Positions 15,825-25,420 of a stretch of 64,000 bases of DNA are shown here, in pieces. The stretch is taken from positions 4,668 to 68,667 of the IMG/VR virus record IMGVR_UViG_3300034406_000036, one strand, 5' to 3'. Made by a program: the position numbers and the translations under genes. The stretch comes from a virus. Positions within the stretch are counted from its first letter, which is position 1. Every line of letters starts with the position of its first letter. Below the pieces are notes generated by a model. That model was not told the origin of the DNA. It worked only from the letters and a program-made list of their open reading frames with translations, and ran no database searches.

Positions 15825-17081
15825 GTGCCACAATCTAGAGATGAAGTAGAAAGAGCTGTAATATCTTTAATTGAATTTTATGAAGACATAGCAAAATTAA
15901 GAGCAATAAATGTATCACCAAAAAGTTTTATAGTTTATCCAAAAATTTATGAGTTTATTTTAAATTATACAAAGCAATACGAAGGAAAAATCCCACCAAG
16001 GGAAGTTATCCTCACAGAATTCCCCGAATTCGAGTTTATTGATGTACCACAAGATTCAAAAGATTACTATTTTTCTACCTTACAAGAGCTAAATTATCAA
16101 TCTTCCGTAGTTAATGTTTTTGAATTTGCCACAGATTTCATCGAAAAGGGACAAGTTAAAGAAGCTGTAAATTATACTACTAAAGCTCTGTCTAAATTAA
16201 ATAAGCCAATTAAAGTTTCTCAAGAAAAGACTGACAAAGAAAGTCTTAATAGATTTGAGGAATATAAAGAAAAAAGAGCCCTGATTAATCAAGGAACTCG
16301 TATTGGGGTTAAGACGGGTCTATTTTTATTTGATGACCAATTAATGGGTTGGCAACCAGGATGGTTAGTAGGTTTGGTGGGTAGGTATGAAGTAGGAAAA
16401 TCATGGTTATTGGTTTATACCTGTTGTAATGCCTACGATGATGGATATAGAATTTTATACATCTCGCCAGAGATGGTTAGAAGTGAATTAGCTCTAAGAT
16501 TTGATGTTACTCTAGCCCGATTATGGGGTTATGAATTTTCACATACTTGTTTATCATATGGACAAAGAGTTAATGAAGCTAAATATAGAGAATTTTTAGA
16601 GAAAGTTTCCCAAAATGATAGGTGGTTAACTGCCGATTCAAATGATGGAAAAGTTTTTACAGTAGAAGGAATTGCCGATATTGCCGATAATTTTAAACCA
16701 GATATTATTGCAATTGATGGTTTACCATTATTAACAGAAGTAGGACAAGAGTCAGACCAAAGCTGGCAAAAGATTTTCAATCTATCCACTGGATTGAAAA
16801 ACCTAGCTGTTACTACAAATTCAACAATTCTTTGTGTTATGCAAGCCAATCGCGATGCTGCTGGAAGAACTGATTCCATGCCTAGAAAACAAGATATTAG
16901 TTATGGGGATGCATTTGGGCAAGCGTGTGATATTTTAATTATGATGGGTTCAGATGCTAAAGATGAAAGTATTCGAAAACTTAAATTAGAGAAAAAACGT
17001 GGTGGTAGGGCTGATAGAAAGACATATAATATTTCATTTAATGTAGATACTGGAGATATCGGAAGGAGAATAACAAAATAA
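15825..17081 (+). CDS. DnaB-like replicative helicase
   Basis: GRYEVGKS Walker A, ISPEM, IAIDGL, QANR, ISYGDAFGQACD. Confidence 0.9.
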   Translation: MPQSRDEVERAVISLIEFYEDIAKLRAINVSPKSFIVYPKIYEFILNYTKQYEGKIPPREVILTEFPEFEFIDVPQDSKDYYFSTLQELNYQSSVVNVFEFATDFIEKGQVKEAVNYTTKALSKLNKPIKVSQEKTDKESLNRFEEYKEKRALINQGTRIGVKTGLFLFDDQLMGWQPGWLVGLVGRYEVGKSWLLVYTCCNAYDDGYRILYISPEMVRSELALRFDVTLARLWGYEFSHTCLSYGQRVNEAKYREFLEKVSQNDRWLTADSNDGKVFTVEGIADIADNFKPDIIAIDGLPLLTEVGQESDQSWQKIFNLSTGLKNLAVTTNSTILCVMQANRDAAGRTDSMPRKQDISYGDAFGQACDILIMMGSDAKDESIRKLKLEKKRGGRADRKTYNISFNVDTGDIGRRITK

Positions 17082-17668
17082 TGGATGACATAAAAGCAAC
17101 AGCATTAATAACTGAAAGACAAATTTTGAGAGACCAAAGGATAGTTGTTCTTGCCAAAGAATTTGAAATTGGTGATGGTTCTTCAATGGAAACCGATTTT
17201 ATTACTGATATGATTTTATTAAGTAATGATGGGTCAAAAGAACCAATAACAATTATTCTTGCATCAAATGGCGGTGAAGTTGATGCTGGAAATGCCTGCA
17301 TTCGAGCTATTCGAATTGTACAATCTAAGGGAATTAAAGTAATTGGACAAGTCCATGGACATTGTATGTCTATGGCTTTCTTTTTACTTCAAACTTGTGA
17401 TGAAAGAATAATGGGCAGTGGTGATATTTTAATGATACATGGTATTTCAACATATCTTCGTGGGGATATGAAAAATATCGAAGCTGAAAAAAAATTGTTA
17501 GAATGGTTTCAAAAATATTTTTCAAAACTTATTGCTACAAGAAGTTCAAAAGTTAATCCTAAATTAAATGAAAATTATTGGGCAAAAAGGTTAATGAGTA
17601 ATGTTCCTTCTTTCTATAATAGTGAAGAAAGTCTGAAAATGGGCTTGATTGATAAGGTGGAGGATTAA
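17081..17668 (+). CDS. ClpP-like serine protease
   Basis: SNGGEV, CMSMA (catalytic Ser), MIHG, MGLIDKV. Confidence 0.85.
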   Translation: MDDIKATALITERQILRDQRIVVLAKEFEIGDGSSMETDFITDMILLSNDGSKEPITIILASNGGEVDAGNACIRAIRIVQSKGIKVIGQVHGHCMSMAFFLLQTCDERIMGSGDILMIHGISTYLRGDMKNIEAEKKLLEWFQKYFSKLIATRSSKVNPKLNENYWAKRLMSNVPSFYNSEESLKMGLIDKVED

Positions 17669-17671
17669 TGA

Positions 17672-18028
17672 ATGGAAACGTTATTTGATGAAAATGAAAA
17701 TTGCGAAGCCTGTGCTGTAACACAAGTACCTATAGATTTGGAAACTAGGTTTTCACAAATTTTATGTAATGAGATAAGTGAAATCTTCAAGGTTCCTTTT
17801 CCATATCGTTATCTAGTTTCTAATCTATTACAATCTGTTCTAAACAATCGGGGGTTTGACCAATTGATTAGAAGTTATCTTCATGCAAATTTATCTGTTA
17901 TCTCCGATAAATTAAATCAAGAATTCGATATTAAAGAAGAACCAGTATATTGGTATGCTCCGCATGCTAAGTTAGATAATCATATAAATGCAATAAAGGC
18001 GAAGATGACTGTGAAAGATGAGAAATGA
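17672..18028 (+). CDS. hypothetical protein
   Basis: 118 aa within the replication operon. Confidence 0.6.
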   Translation: METLFDENENCEACAVTQVPIDLETRFSQILCNEISEIFKVPFPYRYLVSNLLQSVLNNRGFDQLIRSYLHANLSVISDKLNQEFDIKEEPVYWYAPHAKLDNHINAIKAKMTVKDEK

Positions 18029-18912
18029 ATGTTCTGTCTATTTTAGAGCAATTAGGAATTGAAGTTGTAGGAAATAATAAAGGTGAATTATCGTGTCGAT
18101 GTCCTTGGCACGATGACAAAGCTCCGTCATTATTTATCAGAGAGGATGACGGTTTAGTTAATTGTTTCGCAGGTTGTGTTAAAGGTACAATAGTAGATTT
18201 AGTTGCAAAATCTAAGGGAATTAATAGAGACCAAGCAGTAGCAGAGTTGGTTGAAATGAAAGTTGGTGATATCGCTTCCATAAAAAAGAGATTGGGGGAG
18301 CGAAAAGAAGAAGATAAAAAACCAATTGTATATGATGAAGCTTTTTTCAAGGAACATGATATAGTTCCTGCAAGGGACAATGAGTATTTATTAAATAGAG
18401 GTTTTACCAATGAAATAATTGAAGAATGGGGCTTGATGCAGGGTACCCATGGATTAACGATTCTTATTCCATATATGTTTGAGGGAAAACAAGTAGGAAT
18501 GATTTTTAATCATACATTAAAAGACGTTCCTAAATATGAAATAACTCCATTTTTTAAAGCGAGTGATTATCTATTCGGATATGATAAGCTACAAGTAGAA
18601 GAAGATATGATTATTCTAGTGGAAGGTTTGTTTGATTGTATTTGGGCTCATCAAGCTGGGATTCATAATGTACTTGCTTTAGGTGGAAGTAATTTAACAA
18701 CAGGGCAAGAAAAGATTTTATTGAAGAAATGCTGGAGAATCGGATTATGTTTAGATAACGATGAACCAGGAAGAAGAGCACATAAGTTAATAAGGAGGAG
18801 GTTGATAAATCTAGGATTTATTGTAAAGGATATAAAGTTACCAGATGGAGTAAAAGATATACAAGAGCTCGATTTGGAAACAGTAAATAAATTATTAAAA
18901 TTGAAGATTTAA
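18025..18912 (+). CDS. DNA primase (CHC2 zinc finger + TOPRIM)
   Basis: CPWHDDKAPS..CFAGC; VEGLFD; LDNDEPG. Confidence 0.92.
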   Translation: MNVLSILEQLGIEVVGNNKGELSCRCPWHDDKAPSLFIREDDGLVNCFAGCVKGTIVDLVAKSKGINRDQAVAELVEMKVGDIASIKKRLGERKEEDKKPIVYDEAFFKEHDIVPARDNEYLLNRGFTNEIIEEWGLMQGTHGLTILIPYMFEGKQVGMIFNHTLKDVPKYEITPFFKASDYLFGYDKLQVEEDMIILVEGLFDCIWAHQAGIHNVLALGGSNLTTGQEKILLKKCWRIGLCLDNDEPGRRAHKLIRRRLINLGFIVKDIKLPDGVKDIQELDLETVNKLLKLKI

Positions 18913-19108
18913 AATGAAGTTTAATAAGTGGAAAGAAAAAGGTTATATTTGCATTAGTGATGAACAAAATGAATTTATAGGTGCTGGTAAAACAGAAGAT
19001 GAGGCTTGGCTGAATCTTCACGAAAATATCAGCGAATATATATTAGAAGAAAATTTAGTCGAACCATATTTATTAAAACTTGAACAATTAATTAGGAGGG
19101 AAAAAATA

Positions 19109-19966
19109 ATGGTTATGAAAGGTTTACAAAACTATAATAAAAGAATGAAGGAGCAAGATGAACAAAGAGATAAGCAACAATCTGATTTTGGAATGTTTTT
19201 AAATTTAAAAGCTGGAGACATTGCATCAATAAGAATTTTGTCTGAAATGGACAAAGTTGGTTGGGGAAAATTCCATGGCATTGCCGATGTTTCAAGCAGT
19301 GGAAAGCAATTTTTCCGAAAAGTTCAATGCGAACGAGAGTATGATGAGGAGGGGATTCCAACAACTCCACCAAGTTCTTGCAAGTATTGCAGTGCTGGGG
19401 GTCAAGAGGGTTATGCTGGTGACCTATTCTTCTTATACGTACATGTTTATTATATTCTACATGCTGAACAAAATTCCGATGAGTCTAATCCATGGGAAAG
19501 AGTAAAGCGTGGAGAAAATCATTATTATAAAGAACAGGTAAACAGAATTAAAGTCCTGCGAACAGGGCCAGGAAAGGGTCGTGGAGTAGTAAATAAGCTT
19601 ACTACCTATTTCAATAAGTATCAAACTCTTTGCGACCGAGATTATGATTGGGAGAGAACAGGAACAACAAAGGATAATACCATTTATGAATTGATTGCTG
19701 ATGACCCAAGTAAACTTGAAAAGTATATAACCGATGAATTCAAGAAAGTACCTGATATCAGCGGAATTGTCAGTGGAGAAGTAACTAGTTTAGTTCCTGA
19801 TGAAAGAGAGGATGCTCCCGATGTTGAGAAACGGGAAACTCCAAAATTGACAAATAAGAAAGAAAAGAAAACTTCTAAGAAAGAGGAAAAAGTAGAAGAA
19901 GAAGCTCCAGTGGAAGAATCTTCTAATAATGAAGAAGAAGACTTAGAAGGTGAGGACTTGTTTTAA
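19109..19966 (+). CDS. single-stranded DNA-binding protein (gp32-like); ORF is open from 18914
   Basis: RBS AGGAGG before ATG 19109; Zn ligands H..C..CKYC; very acidic C-tail ending DLF. Confidence 0.65.
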   Translation: MVMKGLQNYNKRMKEQDEQRDKQQSDFGMFLNLKAGDIASIRILSEMDKVGWGKFHGIADVSSSGKQFFRKVQCEREYDEEGIPTTPPSSCKYCSAGGQEGYAGDLFFLYVHVYYILHAEQNSDESNPWERVKRGENHYYKEQVNRIKVLRTGPGKGRGVVNKLTTYFNKYQTLCDRDYDWERTGTTKDNTIYELIADDPSKLEKYITDEFKKVPDISGIVSGEVTSLVPDEREDAPDVEKRETPKLTNKKEKKTSKKEEKVEEEAPVEESSNNEEEDLEGEDLF

Positions 19967-20295
19967 TGCCGAAAGAAAGTCCTAAAATAAGTGCAAGTTT
20001 GGGATTAACGTGGCAAGTGGGCGATAAAGATTCGCGAAATTTTATTCGCCCATTTGTCGAATTTACTGATATTGATGTCGATGGTAATGTCGATGCCCAG
20101 ATAAAAAAGCAAAAAGCTGCACTTGTTAAAGTATGGAATGCCTTAACTGAAGAACTGGAAGTTAGAATTACCGACCTTATTAATGAGGATATAATGCTTC
20201 AACCTAGCTTTGGTGAGATATTAGAAGAGTTTAAAGAGAGACTTGATTCTCTTGAAAATGCTCTTTCTAAGCCTCAAATAAAGGGCAAAAAATAA
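19966..20295 (+). CDS. hypothetical protein
   Basis: 109 aa, translationally coupled. Confidence 0.6.
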   Translation: MPKESPKISASLGLTWQVGDKDSRNFIRPFVEFTDIDVDGNVDAQIKKQKAALVKVWNALTEELEVRITDLINEDIMLQPSFGEILEEFKERLDSLENALSKPQIKGKK

Positions 20296-20515
20296 GAATA
20301 ATCACTAGGTAAAGGTAATCAAAAGGGGGTTATTTTAAGTTATGCAAACAATTATTTTGAGGTTTTTGACCCATGGATAATAAAGATTGGGTAAAGGAAT
20401 TTAGAAAAGTTCTTACTAAGAAATTGGTTGGAGTAAGTCAAAGTTTCGATAATGATACACTTGAACTTATTTTTGAAGGGGATTTAATAGTTAAAATAAA
20501 CGTAAAGGACGTAAA

Positions 20516-20902
20516 ATGTATGACATATCAATAAAAAGTCATTTTGATGCTGCTCATCAACTTCGTGGGTATGAAGGTAAATGCGCAAATGAACATGGAC
20601 ATCGTTGGGAGTATATGATTGCATTAGAATCGAAGGAACTGGATAATTTAGGAATGTTGGTAGATTTTACAATAGTAAAAGAATGGATGAAAGAACTTGA
20701 AGAGATTCTTGACCATAGAAACATTAATAAAGATGTTCCTGTATTTGCCAAGATGAATCCAACTGCAGAAAATTTGAGCAAGTTTATCTTTGATTTTATA
20801 AAGGATGAATTAGAAATATATGACCAAGACGAAACTATACGATTGGTAGCTATTAGAGTTTGGGAATCTCCCGAATGTTCGGCTACTTACTTCGGAGATT
20901 AG
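20516..20902 (+). CDS. queD: 6-carboxytetrahydropterin synthase QueD
   Basis: FDAAHQL..GKCANEHGH, LDH, PTAEN, VWESP. Confidence 0.95.
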   Translation: MYDISIKSHFDAAHQLRGYEGKCANEHGHRWEYMIALESKELDNLGMLVDFTIVKEWMKELEEILDHRNINKDVPVFAKMNPTAENLSKFIFDFIKDELEIYDQDETIRLVAIRVWESPECSATYFGD

Positions 20903-20903
20903 T

Positions 20904-21560
20904 ATGTTAAATGTAGTAAATATTGAAGCCAGAGACTTGCAGGAAGCTTGGTGGCTAAGTCTTCGAAAAATATTTTCCGATGGTTATGAATATATAATTG
21001 ATAAGGGTAGTTACGAAGGAAGCAGAAGAAAAGAGATGGATTTCGTAACAATTCAAATCTGGAATCCAGCAATGAGACCTTTAGTTCCTGATGTACCCGA
21101 AGGAATACCTGCTCCAACTTCTATCGAATATGTGGAGCAACAATATTTACCTTATCTGTTAACTTCTACCAAAGAAAATGAAAAGGAACAATATACTTAT
21201 GGCGAAGATTTAGAATCACAAATTCCCAAGGTAATTGAAATGTATAGGAAAGGTGGTTTTAATTGCAATCAAGCTTATATGGCGGTCGGAGATAAAAATT
21301 CAATTAATTTGTCTGACCCACAATGCTTGAGAGGAATTGATACCAGAATAAGATATGGAGCTCTGCATTTTATGGTTTACTTTAGAAGCTGGGATTTGTG
21401 GGCAGGCTTTCCCTCAAATCTTGCAGGAATTCAATTAATGAAGGAAATGATGGCCAATGAACTAGGAGTAGAAGATGGAGAACTTATAGCTTGTAGTAAA
21501 GGATTACATTTATATGATTACGCTTGGGATTGGGCCAAAGCATGCGGGAGGTTGGAATGA
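20904..21560 (+). CDS. thyA: thymidylate synthase (short, archaeal-like type)
   Basis: YTYG, PQCL, FRSWDLWAGFPSN, LHLY. Confidence 0.85.
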   Translation: MLNVVNIEARDLQEAWWLSLRKIFSDGYEYIIDKGSYEGSRRKEMDFVTIQIWNPAMRPLVPDVPEGIPAPTSIEYVEQQYLPYLLTSTKENEKEQYTYGEDLESQIPKVIEMYRKGGFNCNQAYMAVGDKNSINLSDPQCLRGIDTRIRYGALHFMVYFRSWDLWAGFPSNLAGIQLMKEMMANELGVEDGELIACSKGLHLYDYAWDWAKACGRLE

Positions 21561-21708
21561 CTTCAATAACGATAATTTGTCTTGCCATTGCTTTATTTTT
21601 AGTAACGATTCTTTTTATCGTTACATCCATAGCGAGAATAAGAATGGAAAAAAGATTAAAAAGGTTAGAAAACAAACACGCTTTATATAAAAGATAGAAA
21701 GGAGAATC

Positions 21709-22260
21709 GTGGGAAATACAGATTATTTAAAAACGCGATTGTGTGAGGAAATTTTAAAAATTAAAGATGAGTCTTTAAAGTTTATTGTACAAAAATCTCT
21801 AGATAGAATACCGCCTTATTTCTGGACAATGAGTTCAAGTTCTACAGGAAAACATCACCCAAAGGATGAATTTGCAGAAGCAGGTGAAATTTTACATACT
21901 CTTCGAGTTTGTAAGATTGCAGATTTAATAATGGAAAGTCATCCTCAATTTATAAATCAAGATATTGTGAAAGCTGCTTGTATTTTACACGATGGAGCAA
22001 GATTAGGGTTAGATTGGAATGAACCAGCTGACCATACGGTAGATGAGCATCCAATGCTTATGGCTGATTTGTTTTATATTGTTGCGGAAGAAGTTGGTTA
22101 TACCTTTGCAGAAGATGTTAGACACGCAATTGAAGCTCATACAGGAAAATGGGGAGATATTCAACCTCATAGTCTTGAAGCTATGGTAGTGCATTTTGCT
22201 GATAGCATTGCGGCTAAGTATTACATGAATGAGTTGGAGGAAATAGATGAAAATAAATGA
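21709..22260 (+). CDS. HD-domain phosphohydrolase
   Basis: SSTGKHHP, HT, LHD, HTGKW, HFAD. Confidence 0.85.
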   Translation: MGNTDYLKTRLCEEILKIKDESLKFIVQKSLDRIPPYFWTMSSSSTGKHHPKDEFAEAGEILHTLRVCKIADLIMESHPQFINQDIVKAACILHDGARLGLDWNEPADHTVDEHPMLMADLFYIVAEEVGYTFAEDVRHAIEAHTGKWGDIQPHSLEAMVVHFADSIAAKYYMNELEEIDENK

Positions 22261-22906
22261 AATGTTCTATTCAATATCTGGGGAAGGAAATAGTGCTGGA
22301 GAACCAACATTATTTATTCGCATGCAAGGATGCAATCTATTTGAGCATGGAGGATGTTCTTGGTGCGATACCAAATATGCCCAAGATGAATCTGAAGGTT
22401 CCAAGGATTTAAATTTATCTCAGATATTGCAATTTATAATACAATATCCGCAATGTGATAATATTATAATTACTGGCGGAGAGCCTCTTGTTCAAAAAGA
22501 AGATTTAATTGAATTAGTAACTTGGTTAAGAGAGCATGGATATGATATTGAAGTAGAAACTAATGGCAGTATTGAAATTCCAAAAGAAATTTTATATGAA
22601 TGTAATTGGACTGTTGATATAAAATGTCCAAGTTCTGCGATGGAAGAGCATAACAATTTTAATATTCTAGAACGATTGGACGATTGTGACCAAGTAAAAT
22701 TCGTGATTGCTGACAGGATAGATTTTGAATATGCTTTAAATATATTAAATAGTTATGAAACTAATGCTTCCGTAGTTTTTAGTCCTGCGTGGGATATAAT
22801 GGATTTTGGAACTTTAGTAAACTGGATTAAATATGAATATCCAGATGGAATTATAAGTATTCAATTACATAAGGTAATTTGGGGGCCAGATAAGAAAGGC
22901 GTATAA
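22247..22906 (+). CDS. queE: 7-carboxy-7-deazaguanine synthase QueE (radical SAM)
   Basis: FYSISGEG, GCNL..CSWCDTKY, TGGEP, ETNGS, QLHK. Confidence 0.93.
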   Translation: MKINEMFYSISGEGNSAGEPTLFIRMQGCNLFEHGGCSWCDTKYAQDESEGSKDLNLSQILQFIIQYPQCDNIIITGGEPLVQKEDLIELVTWLREHGYDIEVETNGSIEIPKEILYECNWTVDIKCPSSAMEEHNNFNILERLDDCDQVKFVIADRIDFEYALNILNSYETNASVVFSPAWDIMDFGTLVNWIKYEYPDGIISIQLHKVIWGPDKKGV

Positions 22907-23850
22907 TGAAATATTTGTGCTTTGCCACACCATTAGATAATATTCTCTTAAAGATGTTAGAAGAAGAGAATGTAAATGCTGTATTAGCTTCTTATTATTA
23001 TTTACATGATAATAATAGAGCTATTAATAAAGTGCTCGAATTTGTTGATAAAACGAAAGCGAAGGTTTATATCGATAGTGGTATTTACTCTTTGAAAGGT
23101 AAATTAGGAATTACAGTCAGTAAACCTATTTGGCAATTTACCGAACAAGACCGAGCTGACATGTTGAAAAAGAGTAGAGAAAAAGGTAAGGATTATGATA
23201 CTTTTTTTGAAGCTTATATGAAGTTTATGCAAAAGTATTATGATAATTTTGACCATTTCTTTAATTTCGACGTCGAAGAATTTCTTGGTTTTGATTACGT
23301 AGATAAATATACCGACATTCAGTTAGAAGCTTTTCCAGAGAAAGCTATTGTGGTATGGCATCAGGTTAGAGGTTGGCAGGCATGGAAGGATATGTGTCAG
23401 AAATATGATTACTTGTCAGTTTGTGGCGGTTATGAGCTCAGATACAATGTACCTTTCTATAGGGCATTATTAAAGGAAGTTCAAGGGAAATGTCATGCTC
23501 TTGCTTTATCATCACCTTATTATGTTACTCGAATAGATTGTGATTCTTGTGACAGTACTTCCTGGTTGATGGGTGGTAAATATGCTGATGTTTATACTCC
23601 ACTAGGAATGAAGAAGGTGAATTTCGGAAAGAAACAAATGCCAGACAGTTTTAATTGTCAAAGCGAATTGGTAAAGAAGGAATTAGCAGAATATTTCAAA
23701 TCAATAGGATTTACGATTGATGATTTATATGAAGGATATAAAAGTAGAATTCGTGCAAATATAATATTTTTTAAGGATTTAGAAAAACGATGGAATGAAC
23801 AAGAAGCTCATTCTTATCACCAGCAATCAATGGAGGACTTATGGATATAG
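22906..23850 (+). CDS. TGT-fold transglycosylase, putative DpdA-like DNA 7-deazaguanine inserter
   Basis: IDSGIYS, NFDV, VWH, HALA, DSTSW motifs; sits between queE and folE. Confidence 0.7.
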   Translation: MKYLCFATPLDNILLKMLEEENVNAVLASYYYLHDNNRAINKVLEFVDKTKAKVYIDSGIYSLKGKLGITVSKPIWQFTEQDRADMLKKSREKGKDYDTFFEAYMKFMQKYYDNFDHFFNFDVEEFLGFDYVDKYTDIQLEAFPEKAIVVWHQVRGWQAWKDMCQKYDYLSVCGGYELRYNVPFYRALLKEVQGKCHALALSSPYYVTRIDCDSCDSTSWLMGGKYADVYTPLGMKKVNFGKKQMPDSFNCQSELVKKELAEYFKSIGFTIDDLYEGYKSRIRANIIFFKDLEKRWNEQEAHSYHQQSMEDLWI

Positions 23851-24359
23851 AAGAATTTTTAAGTAATTTGCCTGTAGGTGATGAAGTATCAGAAAATACA
23901 CCTATAAGATGGGCGAAAGCTCTAAAAGAATTAACTCAAGGATATGAAATGTCTATCGACTTTAAAACTTTTCCATTTGAAGGTGACCAAATGATTGTCA
24001 TCAAAGACATTCCATATGTGTCTTTATGCGAACATCATATATTACCTTTTTCTGGAGTTGTACATATCGGATATATTCCGACTGGAAGAGTAATGGGGCT
24101 TTCAAAGTTTCCACGACTAGTAAGAGCCTTTAGCCGTCGATTGCAGATTCAAGAAAGGATGACCGCGGAGATAGCTGATTGCATCTTAAATTCAGAATTA
24201 AAGCCCGATGGTGTTATGGTAATTATATCTGGAGAACATTCTTGTTGTTCTGCGAGAGGGGCGGAATCTCCAACAACTTTTGTAACGTCTGCTATTCGTG
24301 GGAAGTTTGAAAAACCAGAAGTAAGAGAGGAGTTTATGGCATTATGTGGTTTATTGTAA
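23841..24359 (+). CDS. folE: GTP cyclohydrolase I
   Basis: SLCEHHILPF, GLSKFPR, RRLQIQERMT, HSCCSARG. Confidence 0.95.
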   Translation: MDIEEFLSNLPVGDEVSENTPIRWAKALKELTQGYEMSIDFKTFPFEGDQMIVIKDIPYVSLCEHHILPFSGVVHIGYIPTGRVMGLSKFPRLVRAFSRRLQIQERMTAEIADCILNSELKPDGVMVIISGEHSCCSARGAESPTTFVTSAIRGKFEKPEVREEFMALCGLL

Positions 24360-25420
24360 ACACAAGGGAGTTTAAATCTAAATTAAATACGCTAGGAAAG
24401 TTATTAAGTGGCGACTGGCCTTCAGTTGCTAGTTCTATTTTATTAGAAACAGAACCAGAGTATTTAAGTATGACTGTAACAAATTTAGATACTAGTGCAA
24501 AGACAGCAATTTTTGAAGAGAATGGTGGTATTAAGATAGAAGATGATTCGAATGCCATTATCGTTCCCAAAACTTTAGCTAGTGCTATTGCTTATTTTGA
24601 TGATGATTCAGAAATTGAAATGTCAATAACGGACAATAATAAATTGCAGATTAAGAATGGAAAGAATAAATTATCTTTAAGTTCTCTTGATGCTAGTAAG
24701 TTTCCAGAATTAAAATTTGATTATGATAAATATTGTGAGTTTCCTAAAGAGTTGATAACAGATTATCTTCCAACCGTAATGTCTGCTTCTTCATTGCTTT
24801 TACTTCAACCAATTTTAACTGGAATTCGTTTTTACCAATCTGATGGAGTTTTGAGTTTGCAAGGAGCTGACGGTTTTAGAATGGCATTCACCGAAATGAA
24901 AATTGATTCCGAAGATTTTGATGTTACGATTCCTAGAAATAGTTTAACCATGTTACCGACAATTACAGAGGATTCGATTGGTTTTGGATTTCATGGTAAC
25001 AAGGTTGTTTTTGAGGTTGGTGATTTTATTTTCCAATTACCTACATTGGGTGGTATTTATCCTAATTTTATGAGTAAGGTAACTCGTAAATATAAAATTG
25101 TATTAAAGTTAGATTTTGAATGGTTACGAAAAGCAATTAACCTTTGTAGTTTGGTTGGAGAAAATGGTATTCTTGAAGCTGATGGTTCTAAACTTTATAT
25201 TAGAACCGAGAGTCAAGCTGGAAGTCATGTTTCTAGTTTGGATTATGAATGTGAGCCCTTTAAGGTAGCTTTGAAATTACCTTACTTGAAAGATTTAGTT
25301 TCAACAGCGAAAGAAGATATTGCCAAGATAGGAATTAATTCTTCTACTGACCCTGTTGCTTTTATTTCAGGAAAAGAAGTTAAATCGGTTTATATAATTT
25401 TACCTTTATTGGAGCGATAA
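24344..25420 (+). CDS. dnaN: DNA polymerase sliding clamp (beta subunit-like)
   Basis: 358 aa; TNLD, KFP, PILTG, ADGFRMA, GIYPN, C-terminal IILPL. Confidence 0.8.
   Translation: MWFIVNTREFKSKLNTLGKLLSGDWPSVASSILLETEPEYLSMTVTNLDTSAKTAIFEENGGIKIEDDSNAIIVPKTLASAIAYFDDDSEIEMSITDNNKLQIKNGKNKLSLSSLDASKFPELKFDYDKYCEFPKELITDYLPTVMSASSLLLLQPILTGIRFYQSDGVLSLQGADGFRMAFTEMKIDSEDFDVTIPRNSLTMLPTITEDSIGFGFHGNKVVFEVGDFIFQLPTLGGIYPNFMSKVTRKYKIVLKLDFEWLRKAINLCSLVGENGILEADGSKLYIRTESQAGSHVSSLDYECEPFKVALKLPYLKDLVSTAKEDIAKIGINSSTDPVAFISGKEVKSVYIILPLLER

Noticed and set aside
20904-21560. Cytosine hydroxymethylase
   Set aside because: The specificity position after RSWD is Asn (GFPSN), consistent with a dUMP-using thymidylate synthase.
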